From Candidatus Puniceispirillaceae bacterium (GTDB lineage: Bacteria; Pseudomonadota; Alphaproteobacteria; Puniceispirillales; Puniceispirillaceae): a DNA stretch of 64,000 bases. The stretch's first letter is position 1. Every line of letters starts with the position of its first letter. The position numbers were made by a program, and so were the translations under genes. Location: NCBI GenBank assembly GCA_049623505.1, contig JBMZTC010000012.1, positions 13,008 to 77,007 of the forward strand, written 5' to 3'. Below, piece after piece: positions 8,710 through 18,648 of the stretch. The notes under the pieces are model-generated. The model was not told the origin of the DNA and did no database searches. It was given only the letters and a program-made list of their open reading frames with translations.

Positions 8710-8965
8710 TAAGTGATACTGACTTATCGTGATGAAAAATACTGCTAAAAAATCACAATTGTGGTGCAAATTATGCAGCGTCATAAGCTGTTCGCCACCG
8801 CGTCCTATCCGGTCATCCGCGGGTCACGACATCTAAACGCTGCAGACACGGGGGCATCACCGCCGGATGGCCGGCAATCTGCATTTGCTGGCGGGATTTT
8901 GTGCTGGTCACAACCCTCCGCACCACATGATTTGCCAACGCCTGTCAGTTGCCCTAGCATGCCGT

Positions 8966-9370
8966 ATGAATTGGATCCGTGTTGCCTCCAACGCCGTTAT
9001 TGTCGGTCTCGCCCTGTGGGCGATCTATATCACCATCACCGAGTTTCTGGGGGTGACGGTGTATTTTCCGTTCCGCGTGGCCGGCGCTGACAGCATCCCC
9101 GAACATCGCTGGCAATCGGCGCGTCTGTCGGTATTCGTGACCTTTGCCTATTACGCTGTCATCCATCTGGTGAATGGCAGCCGCGAGGTCTATCCGATCC
9201 ATTTCCTGAAGGTCTATCTGACCGTGCTCACCGCTGTTGGCCTGGCGTTGTTCATCAAGGCGGATGTGCCGCCATATGAATATGCCGTGCCGGTCTTTTT
9301 CGGCAGCTGCGCGCTGATCCTTCACATCGCCTCGCGGGGCCGGTTCCGGAAATATTTCTCCCGAAAATAG
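8966..9370 (+). CDS. Hypothetical membrane protein (about 4 TM)
   Basis: Hydrophobic ORF with basic C-terminus; ATG 8966 preferred over 8867. Confidence 0.75.
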   Translation: MNWIRVASNAVIVGLALWAIYITITEFLGVTVYFPFRVAGADSIPEHRWQSARLSVFVTFAYYAVIHLVNGSREVYPIHFLKVYLTVLTAVGLALFIKADVPPYEYAVPVFFGSCALILHIASRGRFRKYFSRK

Positions 9371-9465
9371 CGTGCCGGATGGCGGGCAGGGGTGTCGCCT
9401 GACACCCCGCATTGCCGTCATCGGCATTCGCCTGTATGACAGGCTGGCAATTCGGGGTCCCTTCC

Positions 9466-10659
9466 ATGACATCATCCACCCTGTCCCGGCCGGGGGCATC
9501 GTACCTCGCCATCATGGCCCTGCTGACCTCGATCGGCGCGCTGACGACCGATATCATGCTGCCGGCGCTTGGCGTTATCGGCCGCGATCTCGACGTTGGC
9601 AACATCAACAACACGACCCTGATCGTCACCGCCTTCTTTCTTGGCATGGCCATCGGCCAGCTGGTGGTGGGCCCGCTTGCCGACACCTATGGCCGCAAGC
9701 CGGTGGTGATGTGGGGCTATGCGCTGTTCATCCTTGGCTGTCTGCTGTCGATGGTTGCCGAGAGCTGGACATTGATGGTGGTGGCGCGTGTCTGCCAGGG
9801 TCTTGCCGCGGCGGCGCCGCGCGTGATTGCCGTGGCCATTGTCCGCGATGAGTACAAGGGCCGGGTGATGGCGCGGATCATGTCGATCATCATGGCGGTG
9901 TTCATTCTGACACCGATCATGGCGCCGCTTCTTGGACAGGGGCTGATCTATATCGGTGGCTGGCGCGCCACCTTTGCCGGGCTGATCATTGTGGCGCTGC
10001 CGACGGCCTGGTGGTTTCACCTGTCGATCGCCGAAACGCTGCCACCGGCGCGGCGGCGGCCCTTCACATTCCGCGCCATCGGTGACGGTGTCATCCAGAT
10101 TTGCCGCAGCCGGGTGACGGTGGTCTATATGCTTGCCATGGGGATTATCTCCGGCCCCTTCATAGGCTATCTCGGCTCGGCTCGGCAGATTTTTCAGGAT
10201 GTCTACGGCGTCGGTGACATGTTTGTGGTCTATTTCGCCGCCGGGTCGATTTCCGCCGGCGCGGCAGCGCTTGTGAATGCGCGGCTGGTGATGCGCCATG
10301 GCATGCGCCGCCTGACCGCTATCGCCATCACCGCCCAGACAGCGGTATCCGCGGCGCTGTGGGGGTGGATGGCGCTTGGCGGCGTGCCGGACTTCATGAT
10401 CTTCATGGGCTGGCAGATTGCCTGCGTTTTCTGCGTCGGCATGATGTTCGGCAATATGCAGGCGCTGGCGATGGAGCCTCTTGGCCATGTTGCCGGCCTT
10501 GGCGCGGCGATATTCGGGGCTGGCAGCACCTTTGTCGCGCTGCCGCTGTCCTGGATGGTCAGCGGCTATTTCGACGGGACAATCATTCCGCTGATCCGCG
10601 GCTTTGCCATCATGGGCATCGTCACGCTGATCATGGTGCTGGTGGCGAGGCGGCGCTGA
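9466..10659 (+). CDS. Bcr/CflA-family MFS efflux transporter
   Basis: TDIMLPAL, GPLADTYGRKPV, ARVCQG, VAIVRDEY, TPIMAPLLG; 12 TM. Confidence 0.92.
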   Translation: MTSSTLSRPGASYLAIMALLTSIGALTTDIMLPALGVIGRDLDVGNINNTTLIVTAFFLGMAIGQLVVGPLADTYGRKPVVMWGYALFILGCLLSMVAESWTLMVVARVCQGLAAAAPRVIAVAIVRDEYKGRVMARIMSIIMAVFILTPIMAPLLGQGLIYIGGWRATFAGLIIVALPTAWWFHLSIAETLPPARRRPFTFRAIGDGVIQICRSRVTVVYMLAMGIISGPFIGYLGSARQIFQDVYGVGDMFVVYFAAGSISAGAAALVNARLVMRHGMRRLTAIAITAQTAVSAALWGWMALGGVPDFMIFMGWQIACVFCVGMMFGNMQALAMEPLGHVAGLGAAIFGAGSTFVALPLSWMVSGYFDGTIIPLIRGFAIMGIVTLIMVLVARRR

Positions 10660-10758
10660 CCTCCGGCCTTCATCTCCGGTTTTCCGGTGGTTTCACCCTG
10701 TGATCTTGACCATGGCCGATGCCGCGCTAGGCTCGGGGTCAGTGGGGTGAGGGGTGTC

Positions 10759-11241
10759 ATGTCGACGATTATGTTTCAAATCATCGCCGCGGGTGTTGCG
10801 GCCTGTATCATCTTTGATCTGTGGCAGCGGGTCTTTGCCCTGTTCACCGGCATTCCGCCAAGCAACTGGGCCATGGTCGGGCGCTGGCTTCTCAATCTTC
10901 TGGCTGGCAATGGCCTGATCGCGCGCGATCTTGCCGCGCAGCCGGCGCGGCCGCGGGAGGCTGCCGCCGGCTGGGCGCTGCACTATGTTGTGGCGGTTGG
11001 TTATGCGGTACTCTATGCGGCGCTGATGCAGGCAGGCTGGCTGCGTGCCGGGCTTGTCGACGGGCTGATCTTTGGCATCATCAGTGTCGTGGTGCCCTGG
11101 CTGTTCTTCATGCCGGCGCTTGGCAACGGTGTGATGGCGCGGCTGACGCCGAATCCGCCGCTGGCCTGCGCGGTGGCGCTGGTGATGCATGCGGTATTCG
11201 GGCTGGCGCTTGGCGGCGGATTCGCCCTGCTGATGGGCTGA
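10759..11241 (+). CDS. DUF2938-family membrane protein
   Basis: IFDLWQ, NWAMVGRW, GWALHYVV, PWLFFMPALG, HAVFGL. Confidence 0.85.
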   Translation: MSTIMFQIIAAGVAACIIFDLWQRVFALFTGIPPSNWAMVGRWLLNLLAGNGLIARDLAAQPARPREAAAGWALHYVVAVGYAVLYAALMQAGWLRAGLVDGLIFGIISVVVPWLFFMPALGNGVMARLTPNPPLACAVALVMHAVFGLALGGGFALLMG

Positions 11242-11249
11242 CCAGCCAC

Positions 11250-12014
11250 CTAGCCACGAAGCGCCGGCAGGCCGACACCGGTGCTTTCAAACCCGCCATC
11301 GGCGGCAAGGCACTGCCCGGTGACATAGCTTGCCTGTGGCGAGGCGAGGAACAGGATCGCCGTCGCGATTTCGTCCTCGCTGCCATAGCGGTTCAGCGGG
11401 ATGGCGTCGTGATAGGCGTCGATGATGTCCTGTGTGTGCACCGCCATCGCCAGTTTCGTGCGCACCGGCCCGGGCGCCACACAATTGGCGCGGATGCCGA
11501 ATTCGCCCAGCTCGGCCGCCTGCTGCTGCGTCAGGTGGATCACCGCGGCTTTTGACGTGCCGTAGGCTGTTCGCAGGGTCGAGGCGCGAAGCCCCGAGAT
11601 CGAGGCGATGTTGACGATCGTGCCGCGGCTGGCCTTCAGATACGGGATCGCCGCCTGTGAACACAGGAACACGCCATCGAGATTGGTTGCCATGACGGTT
11701 CGCCATCTGGCAAAGCTTGTTTCTTCGATCGGCCCGAAATCCGCCACCCCGGCATTGTTGATCAATGCGTCGAGCTGGCCGGCCCAGCCAATCATGGCGA
11801 CCATCATCGACTCCACCGCGTCAGGGTCGGACACATCGCAGACAAAGGGGCGGGCGGTGTCCGGACTGGCGCCGGCAAGCGCGTCGGCGGCCGCGGCGAG
11901 CGCGTCGGCATCACGGTCGATCATGGCAACCTTCCATCCTTTGGCAAGAAACTGCCCTGTCGTTGCCAGCCCGATCCCGCGGGCGGCACCTGTTACCAGC
12001 GCGGTCATGGTCAT
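11250..12014 (-). CDS. Short-chain dehydrogenase/reductase
   Basis: TGAARGIG, NNAG, YGTSK, NCVAPG motifs. Confidence 0.95.
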   Translation of the reverse strand: MTMTALVTGAARGIGLATTGQFLAKGWKVAMIDRDADALAAAADALAGASPDTARPFVCDVSDPDAVESMMVAMIGWAGQLDALINNAGVADFGPIEETSFARWRTVMATNLDGVFLCSQAAIPYLKASRGTIVNIASISGLRASTLRTAYGTSKAAVIHLTQQQAAELGEFGIRANCVAPGPVRTKLAMAVHTQDIIDAYHDAIPLNRYGSEDEIATAILFLASPQASYVTGQCLAADGGFESTGVGLPALRG

Positions 12015-12124
12015 GATTGTCACCCTTTCTGAAACATGCATGTCCTGGAACATGCGCGTCCCGATACATATGAACCTTTATCTCGTTGCCATGCTGGCCC
12101 GCCGACGGAATAATCGACCGGTGC

Positions 12125-12170
12125 GGACAAGCGAGACCGTGGACAGCGAGACCATGGACAAGGAGACCAT
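12125..12170 (+). repeat. 3 x 15-16-bp tandem repeat of the RBS region of the VOC gene
   Basis: GGACAAGCGAGACCGT / GGACAGCGAGACCAT / GGACAAGGAGACCAT immediately before ATG 12172. Confidence 0.85.
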
Positions 12171-12171
12171 C

Positions 12172-12582
12172 ATGAAACTCACGCTTCATCACATCAACCT
12201 TTCAACGACCAATGTCGAGGCGATGGACAGTTTCTATCAGGATGTCCTTGGCCTGCAGCGCGAAACAGAGGGGCTGCCGGTGCTGGAAAAGACAAAGGGC
12301 TATGCCGGTGATGTGGCCTTTGTGTCGGATGGCGCGATCCAGATGCATCTGGCGACCAGAGACATCGAGGCCGGGTTCCGCACCGGTCTGATCGTCAACC
12401 CGGTGGAAAGGGGGCATATCGCCTATCGCTGTGATGACCTTGAGGCCTTCAAGGCGCATCTCGACGCCAGGGACATTCCCTATTCCGACTGGGGTGAGCG
12501 CGCCGTCAATGGATGGCGGCAGATATTTTTCTATGACCCGGACGGCAATGTCATCGAGGTGCATCAGGTCGATGAAGGGTAG
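12172..12582 (+). CDS. VOC/glyoxalase-family protein
   Basis: LHHINL, FYQDVLGL, GHIAY, QIFFYDPDGNVIEVHQ; RBS AAGGAG. Confidence 0.93.
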   Translation: MKLTLHHINLSTTNVEAMDSFYQDVLGLQRETEGLPVLEKTKGYAGDVAFVSDGAIQMHLATRDIEAGFRTGLIVNPVERGHIAYRCDDLEAFKAHLDARDIPYSDWGERAVNGWRQIFFYDPDGNVIEVHQVDEG

Positions 12583-12707
12583 GCGCCGGCCATTCCCGGC
12601 AGACGGGCGACGATTTGGAAGATTGATTTTTCCCGGTGGCATATCCATGCTTATCAACCAGGCCGCAGTCCACCAGCAGTTACGCGGCGTTATGACAGAG
12701 GTTTCCA

Positions 12708-13859
12708 ATGCCAGCGTTGCGTGACGATATCGATCCCGATGGGCTCCTTGAATTTTCGGTTGTGTTTTCCGACCGGTCGCTGAATTCCATGTCGGCCGCC
12801 TTTGGCGAGGTGATGCGCGATATCTCGCGAATCATGCGCAACGCCTATGGCGCCGCCTCGGTGGCGGTTGTGCCCGGCGGCGGCACCTATGGTATGGAGG
12901 CCATCGCCCGCCAGTTTGTGCGCGATGCAAAGGTGATGGTGATCCGCAATGGCTGGTTCAGCTATCGCTGGAGCCAGATTATCGATGCCGGGGGGCTTGC
13001 CAGCCAGACCACCGTCCTTGCCGCGCGCCAGCTTGCCGATGAAACCGACGCGCCTTTCGCGCCGCTGCCGCTTGATGACATTCTGGCGCAAATCCGCGAT
13101 GAAAAGCCGGATATCGTCTTCTGCCCACATGTTGAAACGTCGGCTGGCATGATGATGCCAGATGATTTCATCGCCGCTGTTGCCGCCTGTGTTCATGAAC
13201 ATGGCGGCATGTTTGTTCTTGATTGCGTCGCCAGCGGCACCGTTTTCGTCAATCTTGAACAGACAGGTGTCGATGTGCTGCTGACGGCCCCGCAGAAGGG
13301 CTGGAGCGCTTCACCCTGCGCCGCTCTTGTGATGATGTCGGCGCGGGCGCGGGCGCGGCTTGATGAAACGACAAGTTCCAGCTTTGCCAATGATCTGAAG
13401 AAATGGACGCAGATCATGGAAACCTATGAAGGCGGGGCGCATGCCTACCATGCCACGATGCCGACCGACGCGCTGCGGCATTTCCGCGACGCGCTGATCG
13501 AGGCCGAGGCGTTTGGCCTCGAGGCGCTGAAGGCGGCGCAGATCAGGCTTGGCCAGCAGGTCCGCGAGTTGCTTGGACGCTATCGTTACAAATCTGTCGC
13601 GGCCGAGGGGTTCGAGGCGCCGAGCGTTGTTGTCTGTTTTGCCCCCACCGCCGAGATCAAGACTGGCAAGGCCTTTGCCGAGCAGGGGCTGCAGATTGCC
13701 GCCGGGGTGCCGCTGGAATGCGGCGAGCGTGACGACTACGCCTCGTTCAGGATCGGGCTGTTTGGCCTCGACAAGCTCGGTGACCCGCAGCGGACCGTGG
13801 CGAATCTCGAATCGGCACTGGAACAGATTCGCGGCCAGAACATGCCGGCGGACGCCTAG
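12708..13859 (+). CDS. Class V PLP aminotransferase (alanine/serine-glyoxylate aminotransferase-like)
   Basis: PGGGTYGME, HVETSAG, LDCVASG, PLP lysine in TAPQKGW, FRIGLFG. Confidence 0.88.
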   Translation: MPALRDDIDPDGLLEFSVVFSDRSLNSMSAAFGEVMRDISRIMRNAYGAASVAVVPGGGTYGMEAIARQFVRDAKVMVIRNGWFSYRWSQIIDAGGLASQTTVLAARQLADETDAPFAPLPLDDILAQIRDEKPDIVFCPHVETSAGMMMPDDFIAAVAACVHEHGGMFVLDCVASGTVFVNLEQTGVDVLLTAPQKGWSASPCAALVMMSARARARLDETTSSSFANDLKKWTQIMETYEGGAHAYHATMPTDALRHFRDALIEAEAFGLEALKAAQIRLGQQVRELLGRYRYKSVAAEGFEAPSVVVCFAPTAEIKTGKAFAEQGLQIAAGVPLECGERDDYASFRIGLFGLDKLGDPQRTVANLESALEQIRGQNMPADA

Positions 13860-14128
13860 CGTTTTTGCCATCGCCATCGTCGATTTAGCCATCCGCCAGT
13901 AATTTTTTACTTCATCATGTGGTCACGTCGTCTGCATGCGCGGTCTGGCCATTAATGGCTTTGGTAAAGGCGTTTCATGAAATAACATGAATGCGCAATT
14001 CGCAGCGGCAGCAATTATTCTCTATTCGGTAAGGGTATTTTTGTATTTTTGCTGTTGATTTGCTGGCGACGCACTCCACAGTGACGCTGTGAGGATGTGC
14101 GTTCACATCCAGGACTTAGGAGGATCTA

Positions 14129-15232
14129 ATGAACGACATGACAAATCGTCGTAAATTTCTTAAAGGCGGCGCCATTGCAGGTGCCGCTGCTGTCGGTACG
14201 CTGGCAGCCCCATCTATCGCAAAGGCCGCGCCGGTCACGCTGAAAATGCAGGCTGCCTGGGGTGGCGGTATCTTTCTTGAGAACGCAAAGGCCTATGTCG
14301 ACCGCGTTCACGCCATGGCTGGCAAGGACCTGAAGATTGATCTTCTGGCCGTCAACTCGGTTGTGAAAACAAGCCAGATGCAGGACGCGGTCCATCGCGG
14401 CGTTCTGGATGCCGCGCACTATGTGCCTGCCTACTGGTATTCAAAGTCGAAGACAGCCTCGCTGTTCGGCACCGGCCCCTGCTTTGGCTGGTCGTCACAG
14501 GAAGTTCTCGGCTGGTGCCATTATGGCGGCGGCATGGAGCTGTTCAACGAACTTATGGGCAGCCTTGGTCTGAACCTTGTTTCATTCTTCAACAGCCCGA
14601 TGCCGGCGCAGCCGATGGGCTGGTTCAAGGAAGAAATCAAGAACGCCTCGCAGATGGAAGGCCTGAAGTACCGGACCGTTGGTCTGGCCGCCGACGTCCT
14701 TCTTGAGATGGGCATGTCGGTTGTGCAGCTTCCGGGTGGTGAAATCCAGCCGGCCATGAAGTCCGGCCTGATCGATGCCGCCGAGTACAACAACCCGACT
14801 TCCGACCGTGACTTTGGTATGCAGGACGTTTCCAAGGACTACCACCTTGGCTCGTTCCACCAGTCGCAGGAATTCTTCGAGGTGACCTTCAACAAGAAGA
14901 AGTTCAACTCACTGCCAGCCGAGCACCAGGCCATTCTGCGCCACGCTTCGGAAGCCGAGAGCTCCAACTTCTACTGGCACAACACGGCACGCTATGCCGA
15001 GGATCTTGTGAAGCTGCAGGACGAAAGTGGCGTTCGCGTCCACCGTACGCCTGATTCGGTGATGCAGGAGCAGCTGAAGGCATGGGACATTGTTATCGAC
15101 CGGATTTCGGCCGAGGACCCGTTCTTTGCCAAGGTTGTGGCTTCGCAGAAGGCCTATGCCAAGGACGTGATGAACTACCTGAACCTGAACCAGCCTGATT
15201 ACAAGCTGGCCTACAAGCACTATTTCGGGTAA
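14129..15232 (+). CDS. dctP: TRAP transporter substrate-binding protein with Tat signal (TakP-like)
   Basis: RRKFLK twin-arginine leader; LKYRTVG, DAAEYNNP; RBS AGGAGG. Confidence 0.93.
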   Translation: MNDMTNRRKFLKGGAIAGAAAVGTLAAPSIAKAAPVTLKMQAAWGGGIFLENAKAYVDRVHAMAGKDLKIDLLAVNSVVKTSQMQDAVHRGVLDAAHYVPAYWYSKSKTASLFGTGPCFGWSSQEVLGWCHYGGGMELFNELMGSLGLNLVSFFNSPMPAQPMGWFKEEIKNASQMEGLKYRTVGLAADVLLEMGMSVVQLPGGEIQPAMKSGLIDAAEYNNPTSDRDFGMQDVSKDYHLGSFHQSQEFFEVTFNKKKFNSLPAEHQAILRHASEAESSNFYWHNTARYAEDLVKLQDESGVRVHRTPDSVMQEQLKAWDIVIDRISAEDPFFAKVVASQKAYAKDVMNYLNLNQPDYKLAYKHYFG

Positions 15233-15253
15233 ATCCTTCCGACTGATCTTTGA

Positions 15254-15288
15254 GCTGGAGGCGCGTTCGCGCCTCCAGCGCTTTTCTT
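15254..15288 (+). terminator. Strong hairpin between dctP and dctQ (partial terminator or mRNA stabiliser)
   Basis: GCTGGAGGCGC-GTTC-GCGCCTCCAGC followed by GCTTTTCTT. Confidence 0.7.
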
Positions 15289-15303
15289 GAAGCAGAGGCT
15301 CGC

Positions 15304-15864
15304 ATGCTGACGAAACTGGTCTATGCCATCGAAAGCCTCAGTGTATGGGTCGGGCGCGCCTTTGGATGGTGTATCCTCGTCCTGACACTGTCGGTGTCCT
15401 ATGAAGTATTCATGCGCTATGTGCTGAACGCTCCCACTGTCTGGGCGTTCGACATGATGATCCAGATGTATGGCGCGCTGTTCCTGATGGCCGGGCCCTA
15501 TGCGCTGGCACAGGATGCCCATGTGCGCGGCGACGTTCTCTATCGTCTGTTTCCCGTCAAATGGCAGGCGCGGATCGATTTCGTCCTGTATTTGTTTTTC
15601 TTCTTCCCCGGCATTCTGGCGCTGTTCTGGTTTGGCGCTGAAATCGCCGCTGACAGCTGGCGCTATAAGGAGGTCAGCTGGAATTCACCTGCCCGGATTC
15701 AGATTTATTTCTTCAAGACACTGATCCCGGTTGCCGGTTTCCTGTTGATTCTTCAGGGGTTTGCCGAACTCGTCCGTTGCTGGAACGCCATGAAGACCGG
15801 CGTCTGGATGAAACGTGTCGACGATGTCCGGGAAACCGAAGACACCCTCATGGAACAGGCGTGA
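15304..15864 (+). CDS. dctQ: TRAP transporter small permease
   Basis: YEVFMRYVLNAPTVWA, HVRGDVLY; 4 TM. Confidence 0.93.
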   Translation: MLTKLVYAIESLSVWVGRAFGWCILVLTLSVSYEVFMRYVLNAPTVWAFDMMIQMYGALFLMAGPYALAQDAHVRGDVLYRLFPVKWQARIDFVLYLFFFFPGILALFWFGAEIAADSWRYKEVSWNSPARIQIYFFKTLIPVAGFLLILQGFAELVRCWNAMKTGVWMKRVDDVRETEDTLMEQA

Positions 15865-15904
15865 TCGCCATCCTTACCTTGCTTCCCTTTGATACGAGTG
15901 CCCG

Positions 15905-17269
15905 ATGACTGATCCACAAGTCGCCATTCTGATGCTCTGCCTGTTCATCTTCCTGGTGCTGCTGGGCTTTCCGATTGCCTTTACCCTTCTCGCGATGGGG
16001 GTCGGCTTCGGTTACTACGCCTATTACCAGGGGGGCATCGAGACCTTTGCCGACCTTTTCAGCAACAACATCTTCTACCTGCTGAACCAGAACGCCTATT
16101 CGGTGATGGAGAATGACACCCTTGTCGCGGTGCCGTTATTCCTGTTCATGGGCTATGTCGTCGAACGGGCCAATATCGTCAGCCGGCTGTTCTTCACGCT
16201 GCAGATGGCGGCCCGCAACCTGCCGGGATCGATGGCCATCGCGGCGTTGCTGACCTGCGCGGTGTTCTCGACCGCCTCGGGCATTGTCGGTGCGGTGGTA
16301 ACGCTGATGGGCCTGCTTGCCTTTCCGGCGATGGCCGCCGCCAATTACAACAAGCAGTTCGCCTCTGGTGTGATCTGTGCCGGCGGAACGCTTGGCATCC
16401 TGATCCCGCCCTCGATCATGCTGATTGTCTATTCGGCGATTGCCGAGCTGTCGCCGCTGCGCCTGTATGCGGCGGCGATGTTCCCGGGCCTGCTTCTGGC
16501 CGGCCTCTACATCGTTTATGTGGTGATCCGCGTCTTCATGCAGCCGTCGCTGGCGCCAAAGCCGCGCGATGAGGATGTGCCGCCGGCATCGAAGATCTAT
16601 CTTGACCTTGTCATCTCCTTCGTGCCGCTCACGGTTCTGATCGCTGCTGTTCTCGGATCCATTCTGGGCGGCCTTGCGACGCCTGCCGAGGCGGCCGCCA
16701 TGGGCGCGCTTGGCGGTCTGATCCTGGCCGTCCTCTACCGGTCACTGACCTGGACCAAGGTCAAGGAATCGGTCTTCCTGACAGCCAAATCGACCGCCAT
16801 GGTCTGCTGGCTTTTCATCGGATCATGGACCTTCGCCTCGGTCTTCTCATATCTCGGCGGTCATGATGTGATCGAACATTTCGTGCTGTCGATGAATCTG
16901 GAGCCATGGCAGTTCCTTGTCATGGTGCAGCTGATCATCTTCCTGCTGGGCTGGCCGCTGGAATGGTCGGAGATTCTGATCATCTTCGTGCCGATTTTCC
17001 TGCCAATGCTGGATAATTTCGGCATCAACCCGTATTTCTTCGCGATGCTGGTGGCGCTGAACCTTCAGACTTCGTTCCTGACACCGCCGATGGCGATGTC
17101 GGCCTACTATCTGAAAGGGGTGCTGAAGGACCAGATCGAACTGATCGAGATCTTCAAGGGGATTCTTCCCTATCTGGCGATCGTGATCTTCTCGATGGTC
17201 CTGCTGTATCAGTTCCCCGGTATCGCGCTGTGGCTGCCGGAATATCTGTTCGGCCCCTACGCATCCTAG
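15905..17269 (+). CDS. dctM: TRAP transporter large permease
   Basis: AVPLFLFMG, STASGIVGA, GGTLGILIPPSI, LTPPMA. Confidence 0.95.
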   Translation: MTDPQVAILMLCLFIFLVLLGFPIAFTLLAMGVGFGYYAYYQGGIETFADLFSNNIFYLLNQNAYSVMENDTLVAVPLFLFMGYVVERANIVSRLFFTLQMAARNLPGSMAIAALLTCAVFSTASGIVGAVVTLMGLLAFPAMAAANYNKQFASGVICAGGTLGILIPPSIMLIVYSAIAELSPLRLYAAAMFPGLLLAGLYIVYVVIRVFMQPSLAPKPRDEDVPPASKIYLDLVISFVPLTVLIAAVLGSILGGLATPAEAAAMGALGGLILAVLYRSLTWTKVKESVFLTAKSTAMVCWLFIGSWTFASVFSYLGGHDVIEHFVLSMNLEPWQFLVMVQLIIFLLGWPLEWSEILIIFVPIFLPMLDNFGINPYFFAMLVALNLQTSFLTPPMAMSAYYLKGVLKDQIELIEIFKGILPYLAIVIFSMVLLYQFPGIALWLPEYLFGPYAS

Positions 17270-17282
17270 ATAGGGTTTCGTG

Positions 17283-18590
17283 ATGCTCGCGACCGAGATC
17301 GTCGAAGGCGTTCGCAATGGCAGTGTGACGGCGCGCCGCGTCGTCGAGGACTGCCTCGCCAGGATCGAGGCTGACGCCGGTCTTCATGCCTGGGCGCATC
17401 TCGACGCCGAGGCGGCGCTTGCCCAGGCCGATGAATGTGACCGGCTGCGCCAGCATGGCAAGCCGCTTGGCAGGCTTCATGGCGTTCCGGTGGGGTTGAA
17501 GGACATCATCGATTCAGCCGGCCTGCTGTGTGAATGCGGCGCTGCCGCGATGACAGGGCGGATGCCCGAACGTGACAGCTGGATTGTTGCCGCGCTTCGT
17601 GCCGAGGGCGCCATCATCATGGGCAAGACGGTGACAACCGAACTTGCCTTCATGCAGCCTGCCGCCACCCGCAATCCGGTCAATCCGGCACACACCCCCG
17701 GCGGGTCCTCATCCGGATCTGCCGCTGCCGTCGCGGCGGGTCACGTGCCATTGGCTGTCGGTTCGCAGACCAACGGGTCGGTCAATCGTCCGGCATCCTT
17801 CTGCGGCACTTTCGCCATCAAGCCAACCGCCGGCATCATCCCGCGGACCGGTGTTCTGGCGACGTCGGGAACGCTTGACCAGATGGGTGTCTTCGGCCGG
17901 TCGCTTGAGGATATCGGCCTGCTCTGCGACGTCATCGGCGGGTATGACCCGGCTGACGCCGCATCCTATCCGCGGCCACGCCCGCAGATGCAGCAGGGCG
18001 CGACGGATGATGCGCCGCTGCCACCGAATTTTGTGTGGTTCGACATGCCCTATTTCGACCGGTTGACGCCGGCCGCGCGTGACGGCATGGAAGAACTTCT
18101 CGGCGCGCTTGGCAAGCAGGTTGAGCGGATTGACGCCGCCGAGTCCTTCGCCGGCTTCATCGCCGCGCAGAAAATCATCCATGGCCATGAATATGCCGAT
18201 CTTCTTGGCTGGATCCTTGATGAAAACCCGGAGGGGATCAGCAAGGGCTCGCAGGACGCCATCGCCCTTGGCCGGTCCTATGGTCAGGCCGCCTATGACG
18301 AGGCGCAGGGCATGCGCCGCCAGGCCATGGCATTCTTCGCCACGCTGTTTACCGAGTTTGACGCTGTGATCTCGCCATCCGCGCTTGGCGAGGCGCCATT
18401 GTTCGAGGATGGCACCGGCGATCCGATCTGCCAGACCATCTTCACCCTTGCCGGACTGCCGACGGTGACGCTGCCGCTTCTTGTCGGTGACAATAACCTG
18501 CCAATCGGGGTACAGTTGGCTGGCGGTGCCGAAGAGGATGACAGGCTTCTTCGCACGGCGCGGTGGATGCTGACCGCGCTGGCGGAATGA
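17283..18590 (+). CDS. Amidase-signature family amidase
   Basis: GVPVGLKD (Lys), PGGSSSGS (cis-Ser), GSQTNGSVNRPAS (nucleophile Ser). Confidence 0.93.
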   Translation: MLATEIVEGVRNGSVTARRVVEDCLARIEADAGLHAWAHLDAEAALAQADECDRLRQHGKPLGRLHGVPVGLKDIIDSAGLLCECGAAAMTGRMPERDSWIVAALRAEGAIIMGKTVTTELAFMQPAATRNPVNPAHTPGGSSSGSAAAVAAGHVPLAVGSQTNGSVNRPASFCGTFAIKPTAGIIPRTGVLATSGTLDQMGVFGRSLEDIGLLCDVIGGYDPADAASYPRPRPQMQQGATDDAPLPPNFVWFDMPYFDRLTPAARDGMEELLGALGKQVERIDAAESFAGFIAAQKIIHGHEYADLLGWILDENPEGISKGSQDAIALGRSYGQAAYDEAQGMRRQAMAFFATLFTEFDAVISPSALGEAPLFEDGTGDPICQTIFTLAGLPTVTLPLLVGDNNLPIGVQLAGGAEEDDRLLRTARWMLTALAE

Positions 18591-18648
18591 TGGACAGGTA
18601 AGTGACGGCCGGAACAAGATGGACCGGCCATATCAGGAGGACAGACAC

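Noticed and set aside
7988-8800. Integrated element at tRNA-Leu
   Set aside because: No integrase, no att-like duplicate of the tRNA 3' end and no phage or plasmid genes in the window
11608-12171. Long N-terminal extension of the VOC gene (324-aa ORF)
   Set aside because: The extension is the antisense shadow of the SDR; the RBS and VOC motifs place the start at 12172
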